Made by a program: the position numbers and the translations under genes. Below the pieces are notes generated by a model. The model ran no database searches and was not told where the DNA came from. It worked only from the letters and a program-made list of their open reading frames with translations. This document shows positions 16,839 through 26,434 of a stretch of 45,895 bases of DNA, piece by piece. This DNA comes from Calditrichota bacterium (GTDB lineage: Bacteria > Calditrichota > Calditrichia > RBG-13-44-9 > J075), in NCBI GenBank assembly GCA_024275555.1, contig JAJRYW010000383.1, positions 1 to 45,895 of the forward strand, given 5' to 3'. Numbering within the stretch: position 1 is the stretch's first letter; every line of letters begins with the position of its first letter.

Positions 16839-17124
16839 TTTTAGTCTCTCCTCCCTGTGATGGTTCTTCTTGTCATCCGATATATCGCGCGCCGGCCCGA
16901 CTTGTTTTCCTTTTCTCTCAAAGATAATGAGACAATGCAAAGAGATACTTTGATGCTCATGATGGCTTGAGACTATGGGGATTATCGCGCAACTGTAAAT
17001 GATCTTTAACTTCTTAGAAGGCAAATCCTGGCTATAGAGAGTTAGATCACATTTTCCGAAGCGGCTTGATCCGGAAAAGCGCTCTGTTGAACTGCTTTGT
17101 GAAAGGGCGAGCGGGCGGAAGTCC

Positions 17125-17165
17125 AAAAAAGAACCTGCCCCTCAAATACCCGGAGCAGGTTCCCC
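17125..17165 (-). terminator. Rho-independent terminator after the S9 peptidase gene
   Basis: Stem GAACCTGC (17131-17138) / GCAGGTTC (17155-17162) is followed in minus sense by T6. Confidence 0.6.
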
Positions 17166-17187
17166 AAACAAAGGATTACCAGGACAA

Positions 17188-19185
17188 TTATTTTGCCGCG
17201 TCTCCCAACAAATACTTGCTATACCATCCCAACATCCGGGTGCATAAATCCAATTGATGGGCGCGCTCCCGGTTGCCGTGCCCTTCCCGGGGATAGACGA
17301 CCAATTCCGTTTCTACGTCGACATACTTCAAGGCCCGGTACAGTTCAAAAGCTTGATTGATCGGCACCCGTTTATCTTTCTGCCCATGCAGGATCAGCGT
17401 CGGGGTGCCGGCATTTTTCACGTGTTTGATGGGGGAACGATCCCAGACCAGGTCGTAATGATCATACAACCAGAGGTCCCAGTGAACCAGGGCGTTTTCC
17501 GCCGGGGTATCGGTCATGCCGGCTTTGGAGATTTGGTTGCCGATCCCGACAAAGACCACCGCCGCGGCAAATTTCCGGCTGTGTTTGGTTGCGGCCCAGG
17601 CCGACATGTAGCCGCCATAGGACCCTCCGCCAATACTGACCCGCCGGGGATCGATCAGCCCCTGGTTATCTAAATAATCGATACCGGCCAGGATATCCTC
17701 AAACTCCTTGCCCATCAAATCCCGATGATCCCCCTGGCAAAACTTCACCCCTTTCCCAATACTTCCGCGATAATTGGGGATCAGCACCATAATACCCCGC
17801 TGGGCCAGCGCCTGCAAAGGGCGGCTGTAGCCGGTGTTCCAGCCATCCAGCCGCACGGCCTCCGGCCCGCCGTGCACCTGAACATGCAAGGGGTAGCGCT
17901 GACCGGGCCGGTAGCCCGCCGGCTTGATCAGAATCCCGGAGATATCCCAATCATCCGGACCTTTCCAGGTAACCACTTCCTGGGCTCCAAAAGCCATGTT
18001 CTCCAGTTCGGGATTGGAATGAGTCAACCGGGTAAGTGAATTGTTCTTCAAGCGACCGGCGTAGACCTCGTTGGGGTGCACAGGGGTGCTGGCAGCCGTC
18101 GCTAAGTAACGAAAATCCCGGCTGTAGGAGATTCCGCCAAACACCGGGCCGGCGCCGCCAAAAACCCTGGTGCGTTTGCCGGTGCGGACATCGATCCGGT
18201 ACAGCACTTTGTGGGTATTCTCGATCATCACCAGCAGCACCGTGTGGGCGTCTTTCCATTGAAACGATTCGGCCGTGCCGGGATAATCGCCTATCAAATT
18301 GCGGGGCTCGCCGCCGCTCAGGGGCATCACAAACAAGCTCCCCGGGTAGGGATCGTTCAAGGTGGTAGCGCCCAGCCAGGCGACTGTTTTACCGTCCGGG
18401 GAGAGCCGGGCCAGGGTCAGTTTGCCTTCGGTGTCGTAAATCTTTTGCCCCTGGCCGCCCACGGCAGGGACGATGTAATTATCGGTAAACATATAGCGGT
18501 CATCGGTAAAAGGGCGCTCGCTGGCCTGGTAGATAATCTGGCGGCCGTCCGGGGTCCAATCGAAGCTCCACACCTGCAGGTTGTCCCGGGTAACGATCCG
18601 GCTCTCACCGGTGGATAAATCTTCTACATGCACCCTGTGAATGGTCGTCCAGGTGTCTTCGACAATTTGATCAAACCCGGCCTTTTTGCGGGCTTTGACG
18701 TCCTTCGGCTCCGGGTCGGCCATCCGGTAGGCCAACTGACGGCCGTCCGGGGAAAGTGCATATCCGGTAATATTTCCGGGCGCATGGCTAAGCTGCTGCG
18801 ACTCGCCGCCGTTCAGGGCAATCGCATACACCTGGGTGTAGGGAGAATATTCTCTTCGCTTAGCCAGGTAGGTGATTCGCCGGCCGTCGGGCGTCCAGGC
18901 GAGGGAACGAACCGAGGTTGGTTTGGTTACGTAGGCGCGCGGCTGGCCGCCTTGCCGGGGAACCACCCATAGCTCGCTGTAGGCCCCCCCGGGCGTTTCA
19001 TCCTCCCCCCGGGGAGCAGAGACGATATAGGCAATGTAGTCCCCCTGCGGTTGCATGGCTACCTGCCGGACGTTACGCATGTCCACCATCATTTGGGGCG
19101 TAAGCTGTTGGGCAAGCAGCGCCGCGGCGCTAAACATCAGGATCACAAAAAACCGAAAAAAGAGCCGTACAGATTGGAAGATCAT
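17188..19185 (-). CDS. S9 family serine peptidase (prolyl oligopeptidase / acylaminoacyl-peptidase type), secreted
   Basis: An N-terminal beta-propeller-like region carries repeated SPDG/TPDG motifs. The C-terminal alpha/beta hydrolase domain has the nucleophile motif GGSYGGYM. I prefer the ATG at 19183-19185 (MIFQSVRLFFRFFVILMFSAAALLAQQ, a signal peptide), preceded by AAGGAG. Confidence 0.9.
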   Translation of the reverse strand: MIFQSVRLFFRFFVILMFSAAALLAQQLTPQMMVDMRNVRQVAMQPQGDYIAYIVSAPRGEDETPGGAYSELWVVPRQGGQPRAYVTKPTSVRSLAWTPDGRRITYLAKRREYSPYTQVYAIALNGGESQQLSHAPGNITGYALSPDGRQLAYRMADPEPKDVKARKKAGFDQIVEDTWTTIHRVHVEDLSTGESRIVTRDNLQVWSFDWTPDGRQIIYQASERPFTDDRYMFTDNYIVPAVGGQGQKIYDTEGKLTLARLSPDGKTVAWLGATTLNDPYPGSLFVMPLSGGEPRNLIGDYPGTAESFQWKDAHTVLLVMIENTHKVLYRIDVRTGKRTRVFGGAGPVFGGISYSRDFRYLATAASTPVHPNEVYAGRLKNNSLTRLTHSNPELENMAFGAQEVVTWKGPDDWDISGILIKPAGYRPGQRYPLHVQVHGGPEAVRLDGWNTGYSRPLQALAQRGIMVLIPNYRGSIGKGVKFCQGDHRDLMGKEFEDILAGIDYLDNQGLIDPRRVSIGGGSYGGYMSAWAATKHSRKFAAAVVFVGIGNQISKAGMTDTPAENALVHWDLWLYDHYDLVWDRSPIKHVKNAGTPTLILHGQKDKRVPINQAFELYRALKYVDVETELVVYPREGHGNRERAHQLDLCTRMLGWYSKYLLGDAAK

Positions 19186-19204
19186 ATAATTCTCCTTATG
19201 TTTG

Positions 19205-19708
19205 ATGGATTCATTCGAGAAAAAACAGGCATCAATATATGCAAGAGCAGCCAAAATCGCAAAGCCAGGCAAAACCAATCCGGTGCGCTTTACCGGCCGC
19301 GATTACCTGCAACGGGGTATTCGCTGCCTGCAAAACGGCGCTTATTTTGAGGCGCATGAATTTTGGGAAGTTCCCTGGCGGAAGATGGGCCCGCCCTATC
19401 GGGCTTTCTGGCAGGCCCTGATTCAGTTCAGCGTGGGGGCTTATCACTTGCAAAACAACAATCTTAACGGCTGCCGGAGTTTGTGGTGCAAAGCGCTGCG
19501 GCATTGCCGGGCCTTGCAAAACACCCCCGGCGAGATTCCGCTTTACCATCTTCACCAACTACAGCAGTGTGTAGAAAAGAGCCTTTCCGGCTTGCCCGAT
19601 GTTCGAGAGGCCTTCCGGCAAGTAAGGCGATTCTCCGGCCTGGCGCTGGATTTCTCCTGGGCGGAACTGTGCCTTTCGGATTTACTGGATCAAAAACTGC
19701 CGCAATAA
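19205..19708 (+). CDS. DUF309 domain protein
   Basis: The DUF309 signature is NGAYFEAHEFWE ... WQALIQFSVGAYHL. The ATG is at 19205; the track start at 19202 is a TTG. Confidence 0.7.
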   Translation: MDSFEKKQASIYARAAKIAKPGKTNPVRFTGRDYLQRGIRCLQNGAYFEAHEFWEVPWRKMGPPYRAFWQALIQFSVGAYHLQNNNLNGCRSLWCKALRHCRALQNTPGEIPLYHLHQLQQCVEKSLSGLPDVREAFRQVRRFSGLALDFSWAELCLSDLLDQKLPQ

Positions 19709-19736
19709 GCCCAAAGGAAAAGTTACGCCGGGCGCA

Positions 19737-20501
19737 TCACTCCTCTTTCTCTTTTCCCTTCTCCTGCTTACCCATAAAGGCTGCCAGAAAATCAATCGGC
19801 ACCGGGAAAATTGTGGTGGAGTTGTTCTCCGTAGCCACTTCCGAAAGCGTTTGCAGAAAACGGAGTTGCAGCGCCACCGGGTAGTCGCTGATGATTTTTG
19901 CGGCGGCCTGCAATTGAGTTGCCGCTTGAAATTCCCCTTCGGCATTGATGACTTTGGCCCGGCGTTCCCGCTCCGCCTCCGCCTGACGCGCCATGGCCCG
20001 TTTCATCTCCAGCGGCAGATCGATTTGCTTGATTTCCACCAGGGTTACTTTAATCCCCCAGGGGTGGGAATGGCGGTCTACAATTTCCTGCAACCGTTTG
20101 TTGATTTTGTCCCGTTTTGCCAACAGTTCATCCAGTTCCACCTGCCCCACGATACTGCGCAAAGTGGTTTGGGCAAGCTGCGAGGTGGCAAAGAGAAAAT
20201 CTTCGACCGCGATAACCGCTTTTTCCGGATCGATCACCCGGAAGTAGATCACTGCGTTGACCTGCAAAGAAACATTATCGACCGTGATAACATCCTGGGG
20301 GGGCACATCCATCACCACGGTGCGCAGACTGATCTTGACCATTCGGTCGATAACAGGAATCAGGATGAAAATCCCCGGCCCCTTGGAGCCGATCAGCCGG
20401 CCTAAACGGAAGATCACCCCGCGCTCATATTCCCGCAACACCCGGATGGCGCTAATGAGCAGCAAAAGCACTAAAAAACCTGCGACGCCAAGACTAATCA
20501 T
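19737..20501 (-). CDS. SPFH/band 7 (stomatin-like) protein
   Basis: An N-terminal TM helix is followed by [15 protein letters not shown], typical of slipins. The C-terminus has an [13 protein letters not shown] helix. The ATG is preceded by GGAGGAG. Confidence 0.9.
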   Translation of the reverse strand: MISLGVAGFLVLLLLISAIRVLREYERGVIFRLGRLIGSKGPGIFILIPVIDRMVKISLRTVVMDVPPQDVITVDNVSLQVNAVIYFRVIDPEKAVIAVEDFLFATSQLAQTTLRSIVGQVELDELLAKRDKINKRLQEIVDRHSHPWGIKVTLVEIKQIDLPLEMKRAMARQAEAERERRAKVINAEGEFQAATQLQAAAKIISDYPVALQLRFLQTLSEVATENNSTTIFPVPIDFLAAFMGKQEKGKEKEE

Positions 20502-20783
20502 ATCTCCTCCGATGGTTATGTATGACTAACCCAAAGTTAATAATGCGGATCATTCGCAACCTTTTGACGCTGAAAAACGCTGAAAATTGTTTAAAAAAAA
20601 CAGGAAGAGTTTATCCGCTTAATTCCTCCGTCCATCCCGGTTGTGAGAGAAAAGCCGGGGGAAGATATGAGAAGCCTCAAAAGTTCAGGAAAATAAAAAT
20701 CCTCTCAGCGGCAATCTGCCCGATCAGCGATATTCTGCGTCAAATTAAGTTCAACTTGTGATTGGCACTAACAATCGCCGGTC

Positions 20784-22073
20784 TTACCCGGCGTCGAGGC
20801 GGCGTACATGCAGGATCAAACCATCCACCCGTTCCACCTTCACCCGCTCGCCTTTTCGCAGCGGATCGGGAGATTGCGCCAGCCAGATTTCCCCCTGGAA
20901 GAGTATCTGTCCCTGGCCATTGTGGAATTTTTCCAGCACTTCGCCTTCTTCGGCGATGAACTGTTCCCGGCCAATGGCCGGTTTACGCCGCTGGGCTCGC
21001 AGGCCCAACCCAATCGCCAGGCTAAAAAAGAGGATGGTGGTGATCGTGATCGCTAAAATAACTTCCCAGGAAATCTTCATAAACGGTACACTGCTATCGT
21101 ATAACATAACCGAACCCAGCACAAACGAGATAGTCCCGCCGATGGTGAGCACCCCATAGCTGGGTATTTTTATCTCCAGGACAAATAAAATAATCGCAAG
21201 CAAAATCAGCAGAATCCCGGCGTAATTGACCGGCAGGGTGCTCATCGAGTAAAAGAAGAGGATGATGCAAATCCCGCCGACAACTCCCGGAACAATGCTG
21301 CCGGGATTATAGATTTCGAACATCAGCCCGTACAGCCCCAGGATAAAGAGGATGTAGGCAATACTGGGGTCGCTGATCACATCCAGGATTTTAAAGCGCA
21401 GCGGCATCTCGATCTCGGTAATCTGCGCATGTTGGGTTGCCAGGGCGACGGTGCGTTCGCCCAGTTTAACCTGGCGGCCGTCCAGCAGGATCAGCAGGCT
21501 GTCCAGGGATGGGGCGATCAGGTCGATTACATTCTGCTCCAGCGCCTCGCGTGCGGTAATGGAAGCCGCTTCGGTAACCGCTTTTTCGGCCCACTCCACG
21601 TTCCGGCCCCGCTCCTCGGCTATACTTTTGATAAAAGCAACCGCATCGTTGGTCGCTTTGTGCATCATGGTGGTGTTGACGCTGTCGGCGCCGGTCATTC
21701 CCAGGGAGACCACGCTGGCCGCCCCGATATTGGTTCCCGGGGCCATTACTGCCACGTGGGCGGCCAGGGTGATAAAGGTGCCGGCCGAGGCCGCCTGGGC
21801 CCCGGGGGGACTTACGTAGACAATCACGGGAATGCGGCTGCCCAAAATCCCCTTGGTAATCTCGCGCATGGATTTGACCAGGCCGCCGGGGGTGTCCAGT
21901 TGGATAATCAGGCAATGCGCCCCGTCCTGCTCGCTTTGGTCGATGGTTTTTCGGATGTATTCCGCGGAAGCGGGGTTGATGACCCCATTGATACGAATCA
22001 GGTGGATGGTAGATTGCGCTGGCGCCAGCCCGCACAGGAAGATCAGCCAAGCCAGGCAAAGTATTCTCTTCAT
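20784..22073 (-). CDS. NfeD family membrane-bound serine protease (ClpP-class N-domain, TM region, C-terminal OB domain)
   Basis: The signal peptide is MKRILCLAWLIFLCGLAPAQS. Motifs INPASAEYI and LDTPGGLV are present, followed by about 5 TM helices and a C-terminal GEIWLA...GERVKVERVDGL segment. The ATG at 22071-22073 is preceded by AAGGAG. Confidence 0.85.
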   Translation of the reverse strand: MKRILCLAWLIFLCGLAPAQSTIHLIRINGVINPASAEYIRKTIDQSEQDGAHCLIIQLDTPGGLVKSMREITKGILGSRIPVIVYVSPPGAQAASAGTFITLAAHVAVMAPGTNIGAASVVSLGMTGADSVNTTMMHKATNDAVAFIKSIAEERGRNVEWAEKAVTEAASITAREALEQNVIDLIAPSLDSLLILLDGRQVKLGERTVALATQHAQITEIEMPLRFKILDVISDPSIAYILFILGLYGLMFEIYNPGSIVPGVVGGICIILFFYSMSTLPVNYAGILLILLAIILFVLEIKIPSYGVLTIGGTISFVLGSVMLYDSSVPFMKISWEVILAITITTILFFSLAIGLGLRAQRRKPAIGREQFIAEEGEVLEKFHNGQGQILFQGEIWLAQSPDPLRKGERVKVERVDGLILHVRRLDAG

Positions 22074-22157
22074 CGGGAACTCCTTTGCCGTTTGAACTAT
22101 GGTACGATGTTTGGCCCCGTTTGTCAAGATGATTTGAATGAAATGGGGCCGGGCGGT

Positions 22158-23102
22158 TTATTGCTCCTCTAACAAAAGGGCAATCAGCAGCGGCAGCATC
22201 ATCTCATGATGTCCCACAAAATAGTAGCCTTTCCCGCCGGTGATGGTTGGGCGGAATTTGACATTTTCGCTGGGCCGGTAATGACGAATCATATCAAACA
22301 CCGCCGTATAAAAACCGTGAGCCGGATATTTGAGGTTGCGAACCACGGTGAGCGCTTTGAGGAACACTTCCGGCATAATCACCGCCGAGCCGATATTCAC
22401 CACAATACTGCCTTCCCGAAGGGTGGTCAGCGAGCGGGTGAACAATTGAAAATCCAGCAGGGCCTTTTCTCCAAAGGAGGGGCCGTCCAGATTGGGATGC
22501 TGGTGGATAATCTCGGTGCCCAGGGCGGGATGGATGGACAGGGGCACATCGTATTCCAGGCAGGCGGCTTGCAAACTCAGGTTCAGATTTTGGGCCTTTT
22601 CGGCAATCAGCTTCTCCCCCACTACCTCGCCATATCCTTTTTGATTGCCTTTGTTGGCCGATAAAGCGCTGTTGATGAACTCGGCGGTCTCCGCGGCCAT
22701 CCCGAACGAGCCGTCCTGCAGGGCTGTAGCCACATCCTCGCTGGTGATCCCCCACATTGCCACCTCTACGTCATGGATCACGCAGGCCCCGTTCATAGCC
22801 AGGTGGGTGATCATCCCCCGCTTCAGCAACTCGATGATCAGCGGGCTGATTCCCACTTTGATGACATGGGCGCCCATCATCCAGATAATGGCTTTTTTCC
22901 TGGCAATGGCCTGCCGGTAGCGCTGCACAAATTCCCGGAAATCCTCGCCGATGAGGATATTCGGCAGCGCTTCCAGGAATTGCTCCAGGGTGGAATCCCG
23001 GTGAAGCGGGCGGGCGAAATCGGCAATACTGACTTTACTATGGCGCCCTTTGATGCTGTAGGTTTTGATTCCTTCGAATGTCATCTTCTTAAAACGGGTC
23101 AT
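22158..23102 (-). CDS. Deoxyhypusine synthase-like (DHS-like NAD-binding fold) protein; family assignment tentative
   Basis: This is a clear CDS with an ATG preceded by AAGGAG. The segment MMGAHVIKVGISPLIIELLKRGMITHLAMNGACVIHDVEVAMWG resembles, from memory, the GA..AG....I..LI..G.VD..V.TGAN..HD..EA.G core of DHS-family proteins. This was not verified. Confidence 0.45.
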   Translation of the reverse strand: MTRFKKMTFEGIKTYSIKGRHSKVSIADFARPLHRDSTLEQFLEALPNILIGEDFREFVQRYRQAIARKKAIIWMMGAHVIKVGISPLIIELLKRGMITHLAMNGACVIHDVEVAMWGITSEDVATALQDGSFGMAAETAEFINSALSANKGNQKGYGEVVGEKLIAEKAQNLNLSLQAACLEYDVPLSIHPALGTEIIHQHPNLDGPSFGEKALLDFQLFTRSLTTLREGSIVVNIGSAVIMPEVFLKALTVVRNLKYPAHGFYTAVFDMIRHYRPSENVKFRPTITGGKGYYFVGHHEMMLPLLIALLLEEQ

Positions 23103-23123
23103 GATAATCTCCTTTGCTCCTGC

Positions 23124-24065
23124 TCATTTAATTTGGGAGGGCAAGGGCAGCGGGAGGCCCTCAATTTTTTTCAGTTCGGTGGTAATGGACCCTACCACCA
23201 CCTTGGACTTCATCAGCACCGGTATTTTGTACTGGTCGTCGGTCAGCCACACCCATAATTTTCCTTTTTGCTTAAAAATGGCTGCTCCCTGCAAACGCGG
23301 CTGCACCACAATGCAGCGGAATTTTCCCGCTTTTACCCGAACGGTCTCTTTGCGTTGAATAATTACTTGCAGATCGTAAACTTTTTTATTGTCGTGATTG
23401 CTCATGTAGAGCGGTTCGCCGACCTGTAAATCCTGGGTGCGCACATAGTAAAATGCTCCCAGCACATCCATCACGTAGGGGGGCGTTTCCAGATCAAATT
23501 TGCTCCGGTTGCGGATTTTCAGCGGTTCGGAACTTTCATAGCGGATCCGCTCGACGTGGGCAATTCCCCGGGCCTGGTCGTAATCCACCAATAAATCAAA
23601 CTTATACCCGCCCTCCCGGAGGCGCTTGTGAAAACGCCAGGAGAAGAGTCCCTTTTCATCCAGGAAGGTTTCCACCCGGTCGCGCACCTTGTAGAAATTA
23701 TCAAAAAATTTGGCCGAGCGAGCCGTGGTGACAATGTGGTAGGCCGGAATGGAATCGTTGATCAGCACCGGTTCCTGCACTTCCATGGTAGCCTCTCCGG
23801 CGGCAATGAAACCATAGCGGATGGTAAAAGTCAGTTTTTCTCCGGCGGCAAAGGCCCGGTTGGGAACTACACGGTCAATCCGGTATTTGATGGGCGACAG
23901 AGTATCCCCACCCACTGCGTCGCCGGAATCTCCATCCGTTTGAAGCAGTGAATCCGAGAAAATTATAGCGTTGCTGTCCGGCTGGTTCGGCAAAGTTTGT
24001 GCGGAGAGCAGGAATAAACCGGAACAGGCAATCAGAAGAACCCAGGGGCGGATAAAGAGAAGCAA
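23124..24065 (-). CDS. DUF3108 domain protein, secreted
   Basis: The start is a TTG (the first codon in the track). The signal peptide is MLLFIRPWVLLIACSGLFLLSAQ. GEKLTFTIRYGFIAAGEATMEV resembles the DUF3108 N-terminal strand pattern. Confidence 0.65.
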   Translation of the reverse strand: MLLFIRPWVLLIACSGLFLLSAQTLPNQPDSNAIIFSDSLLQTDGDSGDAVGGDTLSPIKYRIDRVVPNRAFAAGEKLTFTIRYGFIAAGEATMEVQEPVLINDSIPAYHIVTTARSAKFFDNFYKVRDRVETFLDEKGLFSWRFHKRLREGGYKFDLLVDYDQARGIAHVERIRYESSEPLKIRNRSKFDLETPPYVMDVLGAFYYVRTQDLQVGEPLYMSNHDNKKVYDLQVIIQRKETVRVKAGKFRCIVVQPRLQGAAIFKQKGKLWVWLTDDQYKIPVLMKSKVVVGSITTELKKIEGLPLPLPSQIK

Positions 24066-24198
24066 AGCGATGGCAAACTCCGTTGGTTAAAGTCGTTTTA
24101 CTCAGCACAATCGGAAAAGTTGAATGAGAAGGTTAATTTAATCAGGGAATGGAAGCAGGAGGAAGGGAAATTTATTTAACGGGTCATGGCCTTGCAGA

Positions 24199-25749
24199 TC
24201 AGGACAGCAGTAATGTTTTCAGATCGTTCACCGCCTGGCGCAATTTGGGGTTGTCTGGCAGGAGTTCTTCGATTTTTTTGCAGGAATATATCACCGTGGA
24301 ATGGTGCAAATTGGAAAAATAGCTGCCGATGGCGGAGAGCGATTCGTTGGTAAGCTCACGGCAGAGGAAAACCGCAATCTTGCGGGCATGGGCAATGCGT
24401 TTTTTTCGGGAGATGCCTTTGATCATAGCGGGCTGCACGTCAAAATACTCCCCCACGCTGCGGATGATGTCATCAATCTCCAGACTGCGGCGTTGCGGCA
24501 GCGCCGAGTACATCTCCATGCCCTGGGGGTAAAAATCTTCCACAATGCGCTTGACGTCGCGCAGGGACACGCCCCGGCCGGTCAGGGAAATCTGCGCGAC
24601 AATGCGGGTCAGAATTGCCTGGAGCTGATGGAGATTGTCGCCCAGGGTGTCGGCCAAAAAGCGGATCGTCTCTTCTTCCAGGAAGATGTGGTGCTCGCGC
24701 AACTGCCTGCGGATCAAGGTTTCCCGAACCGCGACATCGGAGGGAGGCAGGTCCACACTTAAACCGGTCTGGAACAGGGAAACCAGGCGGGGGTTGAACT
24801 TATGCAAATGCCCCGGAGCGACGTTCGAGGTAAGCACCACCTGCGCCCCTTTGTTCACCAGGCGCGAGAGGATGTAGAGCAAGCCCTCCTGGGATTTGGT
24901 TTTATTGGAGAGAATCTGGATATCTTCCACGATCAGCAAATCCCGGCTGGTCAGCAGGGCGTTGTAGCGGGTCAGTTTACTCTCCTGCAGCGCTTCGATA
25001 TAGTCGTGGAGGAACTTCTGGGCGTCGATGACGCCGATGCGGATATCCGGGCGCGATTTCCGCACCTGGTTGGCTAAACCGTGAACCAGGTGAGACTTGC
25101 CCGCTCCTGTTCCGCCATAAATAACTAAGGGGTTATAATCGCAGAGATCCGGATTCCTGGAGATATGGCAAACCGCCTTATAGGCAAAATTGTTTTGCGA
25201 CGAAGAAATATAACCTTCAAGACAGAAAGAGTGATTTAGATCACCATAGACTTCGGAGGGTTTATCGGAGGGGATGCCCGGGGGAGCAAGGGGGGGGTCT
25301 GGCTCTTTCAGGGGCTGGGGCAGCTCTGCGTCAACGCTTTCGCTATCCACCAGGAATTCAATCGTTGTCTCCGTCCCAAACACCTGTTTAACGACCTGTT
25401 CCAACAAATCTCCGTGGTGCTCTTCCAGCCATTCTGCCACAAACGCAGAGGAGACCTGCAGGAAGAGCATATTCTCAATATGAAAAACCGGCTTAAGGGG
25501 GAAAAACCAACTCTCCAGAACCTGGTCCGACAGATGAAGCCGGAGGCGGTTTAAACACTCTTGCCAGCCGTCGCTGGTGTTCTCAACCTGCGACTTTACT
25601 AAAACATGATTATCCGTTACAATCTTAAGCGTACCGGCTGAACCGGTGTAAGAGCTTTTTCGGGTCGACTGGGCTGGAAATTCCATAGATGTTGCCGGCA
25701 ATTCTGACATAGATGTACCATTCCTGTTGCGGTATGCACTATACCACAT
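24199..25749 (-). CDS. dnaA: Chromosomal replication initiator protein DnaA
   Basis: The AAA+ Walker A is GGTGAGKSHL and Walker B is LLIVEDIQ. The C-terminal DNA-binding domain reads RKKRIAHARKIAVFLCRELT...HSTVIYSCKKI. The start is uncertain, with ATG candidates at 25749, 25710 and 25686. Confidence 0.92.
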   Translation of the reverse strand: MWYSAYRNRNGTSMSELPATSMEFPAQSTRKSSYTGSAGTLKIVTDNHVLVKSQVENTSDGWQECLNRLRLHLSDQVLESWFFPLKPVFHIENMLFLQVSSAFVAEWLEEHHGDLLEQVVKQVFGTETTIEFLVDSESVDAELPQPLKEPDPPLAPPGIPSDKPSEVYGDLNHSFCLEGYISSSQNNFAYKAVCHISRNPDLCDYNPLVIYGGTGAGKSHLVHGLANQVRKSRPDIRIGVIDAQKFLHDYIEALQESKLTRYNALLTSRDLLIVEDIQILSNKTKSQEGLLYILSRLVNKGAQVVLTSNVAPGHLHKFNPRLVSLFQTGLSVDLPPSDVAVRETLIRRQLREHHIFLEEETIRFLADTLGDNLHQLQAILTRIVAQISLTGRGVSLRDVKRIVEDFYPQGMEMYSALPQRRSLEIDDIIRSVGEYFDVQPAMIKGISRKKRIAHARKIAVFLCRELTNESLSAIGSYFSNLHHSTVIYSCKKIEELLPDNPKLRQAVNDLKTLLLS

Positions 25750-25960
25750 TCGAGTAATACAAAAACTGATTTGAATAATTGGTCGGTGTCCTTTACCCTC
25801 AACCGAGCGGGTTAATTATATAAAAAGAGTAGGCCCTTTTCCAAACGGATGAGAAGAAATTTTACATTTTTTTTGAGTTTCACGTAAAACAGCAATCTTT
25901 CTTTCTGATTAACAATCACTTAACACGGATTTTCCCTTTCACGATTATATTTGTTGATTT

Positions 25961-25988
25961 TTGTTTGGTTTTAAAAAAGAAATATATT
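25961..25988 (+). promoter_or_regulatory. Candidate promoter TTGTTT-N16-TATATT for rpmB
   Basis: The -35 is at 25961-25966 and the -10 at 25983-25988, about 45 nt upstream of the rpmB ATG. The AT-rich context makes chance matches likely. Confidence 0.3.
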
Positions 25989-26032
25989 ATCATTGTCGAT
26001 TGTCATCGAGGATTGATTTAGGAGGAATAAAT

Positions 26033-26227
26033 ATGGCCAAAGTATGTGCGGTATGCGGTAAAAAACCTATGTCAGGAAACAATGTAAGTCATGCAAATAA
26101 CAGGACCTTACGCCGTTTTAATCCCAACCTGCAGCGAGTTCGGGCAGTGGTAAACGGAGAAACCAAGCGTATTCGGGTTTGCACGAGTTGCATTCAGGCC
26201 GGCAAGGTGATGAAAGCTGTGCGCTAA
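26033..26227 (+). CDS. rpmB: 50S ribosomal protein L28
   Basis: [34 protein letters not shown]... is canonical L28. The ATG at 26033 is preceded by GGAGG at 26021. Confidence 0.95.
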   Translation: MAKVCAVCGKKPMSGNNVSHANNRTLRRFNPNLQRVRAVVNGETKRIRVCTSCIQAGKVMKAVR

Positions 26228-26251
26228 CTATCGCAGCAAAATACGAGTCTT

Positions 26252-26292
26252 AAAAAAGCTCTGCAAAGCCAGACGGTTTGCAGAGCTTTTTT
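26252..26292. terminator. Bidirectional rho-independent terminator between convergent rpmB and the GWxTD gene
   Basis: An 11-bp stem, AGCTCTGCAAA (26257-26267) / TTTGCAGAGCT (26277-26287), is flanked by A5 and T5. Confidence 0.75.
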
Positions 26293-26434
26293 ATTGCCCC
26301 ATTTTATCTTTTTGTGCCTAACAGGTAGACTGTAATAGGGGTTACCTGAAAAAACCTTTCGGGTACAGAATTCACTCCACTTCCCTGTTCCCCGCCATTC
26401 AGCCGCTTTAAAACTACATTGCCAGGTAGTAATA

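Noticed and set aside
16839-17126. 96-codon N-terminal extension of the hybrid kinase ORF
   Set aside because: The extension has no conserved features and includes the terminator region of the upstream gene. An ATG with an excellent GGAGGAGAG site at 16838 begins right before the PAS domain.
20502-20783. 280-bp gap between nfeD and the SPFH gene, including the direct repeat CGCTGAAAA x2 and a weak AGGAA/TTCCT hairpin plus T8
   Set aside because: The repeat is short, the hairpin has only 5 bp with a 16-nt loop, and there is no convincing promoter hexamer pair. The support is insufficient for a feature.
21429-22172. 247-aa plus-strand ORF, together with the 197-aa minus alternative-frame ORF (21466-22059), inside the NfeD gene
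   Set aside because: Both overlap a gene with strong family signatures and have G/R/P-rich, motif-free translations. They are shadow ORFs.
25750-26032. DnaA boxes / oriC call as an annotated feature
   Set aside because: The region is AT-rich and adjacent to dnaA. However, scanning both strands by eye I could not find TTATCCACA-like 9-mers with 1 mismatch or fewer. It is reported only as an open question under findings, not as a feature.
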